A stretch of 64,000 bases of DNA from Oikopleura dioica (Eukaryota > Animalia > Chordata): assembly GCA_907165135.1 (NCBI GenBank), contig OU015567.1, forward strand, positions 15,624,001 to 15,688,000, given 5' to 3'. The notes beneath the pieces are model-generated. The model did no database searches, was not told where the DNA came from, and was given only the letters and a program-made list of their open reading frames with translations. Shown here in pieces: positions 47,801 to 58,900 of this stretch (its first letter is position 1; every line of letters begins with the position of its first letter). Position numbers and translations under genes: made by a program.

Positions 47801-50671
47801 AAGCTCTATCTAGTTAATTTTTCGGCTCCATTTCAATTTTCCATCCCAAAATGTTCTGCGAAAATTATCAGTTTTTCCCAAATCTCCATTTTGACCAAAA
47901 TTTTGGGGTGGCGTCATGAACCGACAAAAACACGTCGAAAAATTTTGCGTGGGCGGCTACTCGGCGGCTGATTGGCCGTTGAGCCAATTCCAGGCTTCTG
48001 ATTGGTCGAAAATTTCTACGCAAAATTTGGTCGAAATCTTTTTGTCAGTTCCTGACACGAAATTTTTGGGCTCGAAAAATAAAAATTATAATATAAAATA
48101 TATTTTGAGCGGAAAGATAAGAGTGTCGCTATCTTAATTTTTGGACAAAATGCATAAAAAAATCTTTTATCGTCATGGTCGCCCCCTAAAGAGGGTAGTT
48201 ATTTTGTCACATTTCTCATTGCGGTTATGCGCATCTTATGCAAAATACATTGTGAGGGAGGAGCGATTTTTCACTCGGTTTGGGGGTTCTCGGAACGCGA
48301 GCCAACTGGTGCATATTACATCAGCACGCGACAACTCTCCACAGCCACTCACACAAAATCGAATCCAACTGCCGATGCTGCAGCACCTGCACAGCGTTTT
48401 TATTCAAACCCCTTTTTCGACTTTTTTCCTTTTTTTTTCTCTTTTTCTAAACGTGCGCTCTATCAAGTACGCGACTTATTAAAGCTTACAGTTATTTTTC
48501 AAGCTCACTCCAATTTTTAAATCACCTCACTGTCTGCCACAGTTTTTTTCATAGGGCAATTTTTATACAGAAAATGAAATAAAAAGAGCATTTTTTGGGG
48601 AGGTGTCTGGAACCGACAAAAAATTTCGACAAATTTCGCATGAGAATTTTCAACCAATCAGAAGCCCGGATTCGGCTCACCGGACAATCAGCAGCCGAGT
48701 AGCCGCCCAAGCAAAATTTGTCGAATTTTTTTGTCGGCTCCAAACGCGAACCCCTTATTTTTGGCAAAAATGGATTTTGGCCAATCAGAAGCCTTATTTG
48801 GGATTTTTGACCAATAGGGTTTATTAATAGGGCATTAATAGGGTTAATAAGAGCCCGAATTTTCCCGGAAACTGGTAAAAAAACCTGAGTCAGGGTCGAG
48901 AAAGTGCCTGACTCAGGATTTCTACACAGGTTGTTGAGCCGATATCACCTGAAATCTTAAGGGTATACAAACGAAATTGGAAAAAAAATTCATTTTTGCC
49001 AAAAAATTTGGACGAAAAACGCTCTTTGTTGAACAAAAAATCAGTTGCGAAAGTTGTGGAGTTGTGGAGATGGACTTACGTTTACAATGGAATGCAGTCG
49101 GGAAATCTCAAACTTGGCTCGTTTTTCTAAAGAATGCGAATTAACATCGGCGGAGCCACAATCTTGGCTAAAGTGACACAAGAATAAACCACGTCGCTTT
49201 CTCACGCAAAATAGAAAAAAAAGAAGAAAGCAACGAAAAAAGTTCCATTTTCCATGTTTTCCCTTTTTTGAAGAACCGAGGTATTTTTCCGCTGACGGAA
49301 TTACGGCGAACAACAAATTAAGGGGTTAGTCACTTGAAGTCACTTTGAAGTTTTTTGTTTTTTGAACAAATTAGCGAATTAGTAACGCGACGAAAAGAGC
49401 GGAGAATGTGCGAAAAGCCATTTATTCGTGGACAACTGGAATTTTCTTATACAAGTTTTTCGCGTCTTACTTTTTGTTCAAAAAAAAAGAAAAACTAACA
49501 AAATAGGCCATAAATGGCGCTGTCAACGAAAAATCGCCACCTGTTATTGAAAAGATCTTTGATTGGTCAAAAATTCAATTATTGCTTTTGGGTTGAATAA
49601 AGCCAACTTATAGTCTATAATTTATCTTTAAGTTATAGATAGATTTAAATTTGATTGGCCGAGAAAATGGAGCCATAGATGGCGTTGTTCAAAGAAACAT
49701 GCCATTTAGAATGTATTGGAGAATCCTATTTATCAAAAATTGATGTTCAAGTAACAGTTAAATTATTGCTCCTATGAGATTATATACTTGATTATTGATT
49801 GGCATTTTAATTACAATTGTATTTTTGTACCTCTAGAACTCATGCTCAATCCTTCCAAGTTCTCTCTTTATCTTTTTCCGTCGTGTCGTTTTTGGTTTTC
49901 TAAAACTATCACATGGCGAAAAAAAGGCTCGTTTTTTAGCACCGAGCGGCAATACTTCATAGTTTTCGGATTAGAGCTGTCCCAACAGCTCAAACTTGTC
50001 AATTCATCTTGCGAAAATTAAGGACCGCTTTTTGCGACTTTGATGATTGATTGAACCGAAGCTGAATTTTTATTGTAAAAAAAAAATGAAAAAAATTTTG
50101 GCCGAAATTTTGATTTTTACCCATTTTTGAAAATTTTTTGAAAATTTTTTTAAATTCTTTTTTTGAAAAATTTTGGATCGAACAGCTGGTTTATTTATTT
50201 CTATTGAAAACATCTGAAAAAGAAGCTCCTTTTGGTGTGAAAAAGAATTGAGCGCGAGTGTCGTTTTCTAAGTTTGGTTTGACAATTGTGGCTCTGTTTT
50301 GTCGATAAAACCGAGGTTCTAAAAGCGCCCGTTCACGGCAACGTTTTAAAATCGCCAAGTGAAAACATGTTCAACAAAATATAAAATACGATGCGAGTTA
50401 CGAGTGTTTTCAGCGACGTAAGACAAGCAACGTAAAATTGAGAAACTGATTCAAGCTGTTTTTCATTGCGACTTATAAATTGACGAAAATCGGTAAGAAT
50501 TTAAAAGTTTTTTTTTTAATTTAAAATTTGAACTAAGGAAATCAATTTTTTAAAAGATTTTCCAAAAAAGCGTTGAATTGTTGAGTGACTGAAAAGTTAA
50601 AACAAAATTTATTATAAAGAGAGGATAAATTTACGTCTCGTTTATTTAATCAATAATTTAAATGTACAGAA

Positions 50672-52766
50672 TTATTGTCGAATTGTAATATTCCAGCGAA
50701 CATACCAATGACTTCCTTTGAGTTTTACCATTCCTTGTGAATCCGGCGTCAATTTCTTCGCCGAGTTGTAGCTCTTCCCATCAATATGGCCAATATCGTC
50801 CGCATCGGCTTGAAAGTCGACGCGTTTTCCTAAAAAAATAAAAATCTCAAATTCAACAATCAATACCGTTGAAAAGAATCCACATTTTCCAGAAGCCGTC
50901 GCCGCCGTAGCTTCTTCTCTCCGATTGATGACGGATTGTCCATCCAGCTTCCGTCACTTCTAAATTTTCGCCGTACCAAAACTTTATTTTGGATGAAAAT
51001 CGCGTCGAAACAAAAATCAAAGAACAAAAAATGCGATTTTATCCAATTCCTTCAAATTGAAAGTCGAGTAGCCGGCTGCCATTGTTCGGAGCACCTTTCG
51101 CACTGCATCTTCGTTGTGGTTCAATCGTAGGTCGACACCAAAGAAATGTCCAAATCCATTAATCGCAGGATTTTCCCCAAAAGAGCGCACAATTTCCGAT
51201 CGATCAGCAGTTGTCTGTTTTCGCTGAGCACTGTTTTTAGCTTTCTTCAATTCGTTCAAATCGCTGTTGAGTTTTTGATTCATTCTTCGCACTTCGTTCA
51301 GATCATTGTTCAGCGTGTTGACTTGTCGTCTCAATTGCGCGTTTTCTTTCCTCATTTTTTCAATGCTACTTTTCGCCAAATCACGTTCGCGAGAAAGCTT
51401 ATCGACTTGATTCTTCAATTGAATATTTTCTTGATTGAGCAATTCGTTGATTTTCATTGTTGTATCCATTTTAGAAAGTCCAAAAGTCAGATCAGCCGGC
51501 AAAACTCGATTCTTCAACTGCTCGATCAAACTGACCAGGGCCGGGTGAGTCATCAAAGCAGCAGCACTTTCCGCTCTTTCGCTGATTTCAACAACAAGAC
51601 ATCTTCTGATCAAAGACTCCATCGCCGGGAAAATCACTTCAGCAGGTCTCCTGGCATTGTTGACAATATTCGTCATTGTCTGAAACGCGTTTCCAGCCGT
51701 AAAGGGATGTCTTTATCAAATTTAACAGTTATTAACACTGGTTGATTTCCAAGGAAAATTGTTAAATCGTTCCTGAAAGTACAGAGCATTTGAAAAACGA
51801 CTCCAACCGCCCAAATATCATGGCAGAAAGAGAGGCCCAGTGCTCCCTTGATTTTTGATCGTCTCGGGAGCCAAGTAGTCCATTGATCCAGCGACGCCAG
51901 TGTGAATCGTTACTTCTGCAGAGCGGGAGATGTTGAAGTCCGCAATTTTCACCTAAATCATGAAATCAACATTCCTATCGCTCTTTGGTTCGATACCTGT
52001 TGGAAATCAGCGGACATGAGGATGTTCTCGGGCTTGATGTCTCGACGGATGATGTTCTTCCCGTGAATGTAGTCTTATCAAAGATATGAGGATGGTTTTG
52101 ATACAAACGAACTTACTCAGAGCTAGAACAAGCTGGGCTGAGATTCGTAAAGCGTCATTCTGAGCCCACGGAAGTTCGTTTTCACCGCCTTCTAAAATAA
52201 TAACGATATTATTATTTCAAAGATGCAGCTTTGACTTACGATTGTTGAGCATGTTTTCGAAAAACTGAGCCAAATCGCCTCCAGGAAGATATTCCAGGAT
52301 CAGACCAGAGTATCGAAGACCGTTCGGGCCAGTAAACATGAAGTTGTCAAGCAGTTTTACGACGTACTCATGGTCTTTTGATGATTTCACCAGCTGGTTC
52401 CTGTAAATGATTATCTGTACAAATGAGCTTCCTGTACAAATTAATATGAAGCTGAAATCATTCCTAATTGCTGAAGAAGATTCACTTCCAAATTGGCTGC
52501 ATGTTCTTCTTTCCGCCCGAAAAGCCCGATTCCTTTCAGCATCTTCAGCTCGTTACCTGGAAACAACAGTCAACATAGCCAAGCATGCAGTTCAAACACT
52601 GTTTCTCAAACAGAACTGGAGTCGCAACGCTATTACGTAACACCGTACCGGGCAATGGGTACTTACCATTTTCTTGGTCCTGGACGACAAAATAAATCTT
52701 TCCCTCTCTAGCTTCCTTTAGCTCTCGTAACACTCGATATCTCCCATTCAAAACTTGTCCGATCAT
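50672..52766 (-). CDS. Kinase + long coiled coil + domain X; paralog K3, 9 exons
   Basis: MIGQVLNGRYR..REGKIY..KMLKGI..LEVNLL..DHEYVVKL..RRDIKPEN..DFN..GSMDYLAPE..DIWAVG. GA-AG introns at 52463-52375, 51772-51711 and 51049-50982. Ends WYVRWNITIRQ*. Confidence 0.9.
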
Positions 52767-52891
52767 GTTCAAACTCTTTGATGAACTGTAGCTCTCTGTA
52801 GCTAGTAGCCTTTGGCGACAGAATGGAACTAAAGCGAGGGGTGTTGTCGTTTTTAACTGCTTCGATGCACTTCTTGTTCAAATATTTCAAA

Positions 52892-54040
52892 CTGGGCTCG
52901 GCAACCTGAGTTGAAAACCTGAGTCAGGGTCTGAAAGATCAAAAATGAAAAGCCGCGTAGCGCCTTTTTTAAAAACGAAGCCGCAAAGCGGCTTCGCAAA
53001 ATTATCATTCAATCATATTTTTAACTTCTGGCGAATCCGCTTTGCTGCTTCGTTTTTAAAAAAAGCCACTACGCGGCTTTTTATTTATATCTATCAGTAG
53101 GGAAACTCGATGAAAAATGAGCTTTTATCATCAATTTTTATCAGTTTGAGTTTTTTCATAAGTTTCAGGTGTAATCAAATTCTCTGCTTCAAGAATACAA
53201 CAAGCTCTGCTAAAACTCAAATGGAACGTATATTTATCGTTCATTTTGAGTGAAAAGAAGTAAAAGAAGCTTTTTTGACAAAAATGCCTGAAGAGAATGA
53301 TCGAAGGATACAGTGAATCGGCCTGGCCGCGCCGCTGACGAACTGATAAGAACGTCATAGGCTTTCTTACTCACTCATTTTACAACAATTGAAATTCTCT
53401 TTTTAACTGGTCAAAAAGGCTCTTATCTCTGGAAAAGAAAGAAAAAGGATAAAAATCAAGGAAGAAAATATAAATTATACCGTAAAAATGTGATTTTAAT
53501 CATTTTTAACTGTTTCCAGACATCAGATTTGGCTAGTTTGAAATTTGTAAAATTTGACCCCAAGTGACCTCAAGTGACCTCAGATGACCTTTTATGATAT
53601 TTTAACAAATTTCTAATTGTTTACGAAAGGGTTTATAGAGAAAAACCTTGATTTTTGAAGATTTCAGATATTGCCTCTAGAATCGGGGCCGCCCACGCCT
53701 CTAGAATGGGGGGGTGACAAAGGGTTTCTATACTGATTCTGAACCGTCAGAGCCTCCTCTAAAAGATGCTGACCAGTATAGACTCTGAAAATGGACTACC
53801 GGTACCTTTTTAATCCCTTTTCTGGAACTACCCCCATTTTCCGGACTTTAGACGCCCAAAAACGCCCCAGGGCATGACCTAAACCCCTGACTGTAAATAG
53901 TCAAAATGATCCCCAGCTTCTGGGCTTTCTAAAAGGTATTATACTCCCTCCCTACTAAGCCCAGTAAAAGCTCATTTTTCATCGAGTTTCCCTATCTATC
54001 AGACCCTGACTCAGGTTTTTACTCAGGTTGTCGAGCCCAG
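52892..54040. mobile_element. CCTGAGTCAGG-family MITE enlarged by a nested insertion, ~125 bp upstream of the K3 ATG
   Basis: CTGGGCTCG..AAAACCTGAGTCAGGGTCTG / CAGACCCTGACTCAGGTTTT..CGAGCCCAG. Flanks atttcaaa / atttgaaa form an 8-bp duplication with one mismatch. Confidence 0.8.
53098..53994. mobile_element. 897-bp non-autonomous hAT element nested in the above
   Basis: About 28-bp TIR TAGGGAAACTCGATGAAAAATGAGCTTT and perfect 8-bp TSD TCTATCAG (53090-53097, 53995-54002). No transposase ORF. Confidence 0.9.
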
Positions 54041-54777
54041 ATTTGAAAAACAAAGAAACTGAAAAGGAACATTTTTGGGCGCAGATTTTGGAAACGAAGA
54101 AGGTTCGTTTCAAGAGCGCTGGGGCAGCGAAAGAAAACCGCGTTCGATTGTGCAAGTCGGCTTGATTAGTGGCGAGTCTGTTGCCGCGCTGGTACTCTGA
54201 TAAGTCGCCACAAGCAGACAAGATTTTCACGGAACGCGCAAGAACTCCCAAGTCCCTCATTTTTCCATCCAAAGTGGCAATTACAATTTTTAAAAAGCGT
54301 TGCGTCTAAACGCGGGTTTTAATCGTATTTAAAACTATTGATAAATAGCCAACTCGGTTTGCGGCTTTTTGAAAACAAAACAAATGGACTCGATTTTTGT
54401 TTTCAAACAAAATCCAATTTGTTAATTCAAAAGCCCTGGGAAAAATAAACATTTGCGTTTTTCATTTTCAAAACAGGTGGGTTCTCCTTAATCCTAAAAA
54501 GCAAAAAAGGAAAAAAGCGCAACATGTTCAAAAAAGTAATAGTTTATTCTGAGCGCGGGATTTTCGAGGAGAAAAAAATACTCGACTGGGGATTATTGAA
54601 ATCAACGTTGGGACCGCTCGATTCCAGCAAATTGGCTTTCGGGAAACAGAAACATTGGATTTGCGAATTTCAAATTTCAGGCGCCAGAAAATCATTTAAG
54701 GCTCTCACCATTGTTTTTCGATTTTTAGCGTTGGAGAGCAACCTTTATCGCAAATAAGTACAATAAAAGACTTTTTA

Positions 54778-55099
54778 GGGGCCACCCGTCAGCTTTTTCC
54801 TTCGAAAAATGAAAATTTTTTAAACCGCCATATTTTGGTTCTAAATGCGTCCTCAGGTTAAAATTCTTGATGAGAGAAATTTTTGACCAAGAAAAATCAA
54901 CATTTTTGCCAAAATTAGGGCAAATTCGTCAATTTTCGGCGAAAAGTCCAATTTTCAATGGCGATTTTGGTGGTGAAGGAGTCGAGATGGACCCGAAAAA
55001 ATGAAGGGTTAACATCATTTTAGTCGTGTAGAATCTATTTCCGGGGTCAAAATTTTGAAATTCCAAAATTTGATTTTTCGAAAAATTTGACGGGGGGTT
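54778..55099. mobile_element. Inverted copy of the 12434-12770 element
   Basis: Reverse complement of the internal sequence of 12434-12770. The right end is GACGGGGGGTTC|TTAA; the left end is diverged. Confidence 0.7.
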
Positions 55100-55218
55100 C
55101 TTAAATTTATCCTTCAAGTCTTTAATTTTTATGGAAATGTTTTTTGAACCCTGACACAGGGTTTTAACACAGGTTTTTTTTTAACTGTATAGTTCGATTT
55201 TCTTTATTGCAGCTTTAT

Positions 55219-55993
55219 TCATTTTCTTGTCTTATTTTCAGTAAGGCAAGAGCTGTTGATTAATTTTTCTCGAAGCTCCGGATTTTGAGACATTTCGAAG
55301 TATCGGTCGATCTCGTCTTTTGTCAAAATTCCTTCGTAAATGATCATTTCGGCCATCTGCTCTCGAGCGCAGTGAATAAAGCTTTGCGTCAGGAACCAGC
55401 CAAATCCACGACCAGGATATTTCTGAAGCGAGTTTTGATGAAATATTGGAGAGTAAAACTAACCTGAGCAACGCTTCCTGTAGTGATTTCTAGCACAGGC
55501 GCTCTTATCAGTCCAAAGATTTCATAACCCCAGTGTTCAGCTTCCAGTTGTCTTTTCTCGATTTCATAGAAGACTTCTTTGTCCAATTTTTTCGAGAAAA
55601 AATGAGATAATTGTGTGTTTTTGAAAGAACCATCGAGTTGTTCGGTTTGACGAAGATGCGCACACACCCAATTGTCTTCGCCGACTGGGAATCTTGCTAA
55701 ATTACAGTTGCAAAAAATATACTTGGATTCAAGTACAGGTAACCGTTGTCAAGTGCCATTTCCTCGCGAAGTTCTCGTTTCAAGCATTCAAGAACAGTCT
55801 CTCCCACGTCGACTACTCCTCCTGGAAATCCCAAGAGCCCGTCTGATCGGAGCTGCATCATCAAAATCGCCTTGACAGGAGTGTTTCTGATCGTCTTCGT
55901 CTCTGGCTCGCACCAGAATGCGCAGTGCGCAGCTTTTACTACGTCAGTTATTTCATCAGCTTCGTCCTTAGATATTTTCGTCCATATCTCCAT
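55219..55993 (-). CDS. NUDT16: Nudix hydrolase, NUDT16 (U8 snoRNA-decapping) family-like; 3 exons
   Basis: AAHCAFW..AILMMQLRSDGLLGFPGGVVDVGETVLECLKRELREEM resembles NUDT16 [36 protein letters not shown]. Downstream SHFFSKKL, EAEHWGYEIFGLIRAP and FLTQSFIHCAREQM are also colinear (comparison from memory). Two GT-AG introns. Confidence 0.8.
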
Positions 55994-58900
55994 GTTCTTT
56001 TTCTCAAATACTAAATCAAGTACACGATCTTTCGAAAACGATAAACATGATTCATAAGTTATGAATCATAACTTTCTCTTCGGAGTCATCCATTTCCTGT
56101 GCTCAAAATTTACAGTTAAATTACTGTTAGAGCGTTTTTTGAAGGAATTTTATAAAAATAAGGGTGTCAACAATTTAATTTTTGTAAGAAAATTGCCTTA
56201 AATTAAGGGGAGGTGTCTGGAACCGACAAAAAAATTTCGACAAATTTTGCGTGGAAATTTTGAACCAATGAGAAGCCTGGATTCGGCAAGTAGGCCAATC
56301 AGCAGCCGACTAGCCGCCTACGCAAAATTTGTCGAAATTTTTTTGTCGGTTCCAAATACCATCCCGGAAAATTGCTTAAAATAAATACTTATATAATTTA
56401 GTGACACCCTTATTTTAATAAAAAAATATTTATTTAAATCATTATGATAATAATAAATGATAATAAAAATAAAGTAAAAAATAAAGATTTAAAAAAGGTA
56501 ATTTTTCCTGAAAACGCTGCTGGTTGAACCCTAAGGTCGTCTCCTCGACTTCTCAAGTTGCCCGTAAAATTCTTCTTTTCAGCGTCGAGAGTCGCCTTTG
56601 CAGCTGGTTCTCCTTCACTTTGTGGAACGTGCTGGGCATTGGTAACTTATAAAAAAGCGGCTGGCTGGCAAATGAATCTGGATTTCCTTTTTCCCAAGCG
56701 CCGAAAAATGAACGGGAGGAATGCGCCGCCGAGATGAAAACTCGAAAAAACGAGCAACACGCGTTTTTTGTTTTGAAAAGAAAATTGCCAAAATTTTAGC
56801 TTCGGCGGCGGCTGAAACGCGCTCTGGCACCTTTAACCTAAAACCTGTGCTTTATTAAATGGGCAATTAACCCCTTCTTGCTAGAACTTCTGGAGCTCGT
56901 TACTAGCACCTGTATTTCGGGATGTTCTATTTTCTTGAATCCTATTAGATACCGAGGAATATACATCTCTTTCTTTCCTGCCTGGAGGACCCCTCCTACT
57001 GGAAGAATTTTAAATAGAAAGAAGAATAATCTCTTCCAGAGAATTTTTCATTTACCGGATTTTTTGTCACGGAAACAAAATCATTCCGAGAAAAAAAAAT
57101 CACGTGGAACTTCGGAGGACCCCGGAGGACCTCATTTGATGGAAGATTTTTAAAGAAGAAGACAGTGACTCAAGTTCCTGAAAGTCAGTTTTTTATTCGA
57201 GCTCTTTCAGGACTCAGGTTTTCTTCACAGGTTTTGAGCCGAGCTCCAAAATAAACTTTTGCTTTTTGAACAATGCTAAAATATTGACACCCTTATTTCC
57301 CTTGAAAATTTTTAAGGATTTTGAGAAAAAGATTGCACGTTCAAAAGTTTGAGCACCTTTTTTATCGGAGATAATTTAATTTTCTTTATGGAATTAATTT
57401 TGCTTTCGAATTGAGAAATATTTTCACATTTGAGACTTTCTTTTCGCCCCGAGACCACCCTTGACCGTCTCTGTTTCAAAATTTTCCTCGAAAAATGTCG
57501 CGTGCATAAATTACTCTTTCATCGCTTTTTCTTCCCTTTTCGACCTTCCAACCCCATCCCTTTTTCGAATCGAATTTCAATTAATGGAATTACAATAGTA
57601 ACGCATTTAAAATCATCGTTCTTGCAACCACTGTTTACGATGTTTAATAAAAAGCCATTTCCCTCCTTTTCCAGCTCTCGCGCGCCGCCAGAACGCTCTC
57701 GCACCGCTCGGCCGCTAAACGGCGCGGCGTGGCGGCGCTCGCGAGCTGCAGCGCGGCGATCACGAGCTGAAATATTTCTACGCCAAGACTGCTGCGATCG
57801 AGTTTAGTGCTACCGATATCACTTTATTTACGGCGCGTAAAGCATTTTTTTTCCCGCTAGAGACCTTGTAACCCCAGTGAAGAAAAAAAACATTTCAGAA
57901 AAGTTGTTTTCAATTTTTGAAATAATTTAAAAACCAGAACAATTCAAATCGAGATTTCCATTTGAGATTTCCAGAATACAAAAAGAAAGAAGTTCCAGAA
58001 AAAAAAACTCCGAAAAAAATTTTTCTCGAAAAATTTTCCAAAAAATTTGAGAAAAATTAAATTTTGAATTTTGAATTTTCGCTGAAAAAATTTCCAATTT
58101 TAGCGAATTTTTCAATTGAATTTAACTGAAAACCGTGCGACGGACTTTCAGCCCTGTATTTGACTGTATTTCGATTGCAGTAATACAGAGAACACGGAAC
58201 ATCGCTAATTTCGCGGCAACTGGCGGATTTTTACCTGGTCGCTTAAGGATTATAGCTGCCTTACGAGTGTAAAGCAAGTGACAAGTTTTTTTTGTTAAAA
58301 CCAACGAAAACCGAACTCAAAAAATGACCCTTTCCTGCCTCCAGAGATTGTGCTGCCTTAATGCTGAAGATGAATACTCAGGTTCGTGCCCAAATCATGG
58401 CACAGGTTAAAAGTACCAATTTTATTTTTTTTTCATGACAACTAATGATTTTCATTAAATGAATTGTCGGAAGCCAATTTCCATTAAAATTATTTTTCTT
58501 CTCGTGACAACTCATGATTTTCAAAATTATGTTTAATTTTTTTTCTTTAAAAAATTAAAAAAAACAATCGTTAATTATTATTCTAAAATAAAATTATAGT
58601 ATAAAAAATAGGATTATGATAATTAATATTTAATAAAAGTCAAAAACTAAGACCCGCCCTTCAAAAATTTAATTCATGAGAATGAATGTATTTTTAGTCG
58701 AATTTTTATATTTTTCTCTTTTTTTGATAATGAAATTAGAAATATTTATTCTCGTTTTACAGAAAATAACTAAATAATATAATTCTCTCGAAATAAACGA
58801 AATAATGAAATAACAAGATTTTCTTTAATTAATAATGGTGGGTTTTCATTTTGCCAAAAAGGATTATTAGTGATAGAAAAATTATCAAATCGTTGCCCTG

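Noticed and set aside
36467-49316. Scattered minus-strand exon-like pieces (about 36570, 37570, 38400, 44000, 46550, 47300, 49100)
   Set aside because: They are plausibly coding, but I could not chain them reliably or assign a product, so they are not listed as features.
1075-57245. Recurrent CCTGAGTCAGG repeats as a CRISPR-like or regulatory array
   Set aside because: They occur as dispersed inverted pairs at element ends, not as direct repeats with regular spacers, in a eukaryotic context.
57660-57830. GC-rich island as an ncRNA or conserved element
   Set aside because: Both strands have open frames and there is no diagnostic structure. It cannot be classified without comparative data.
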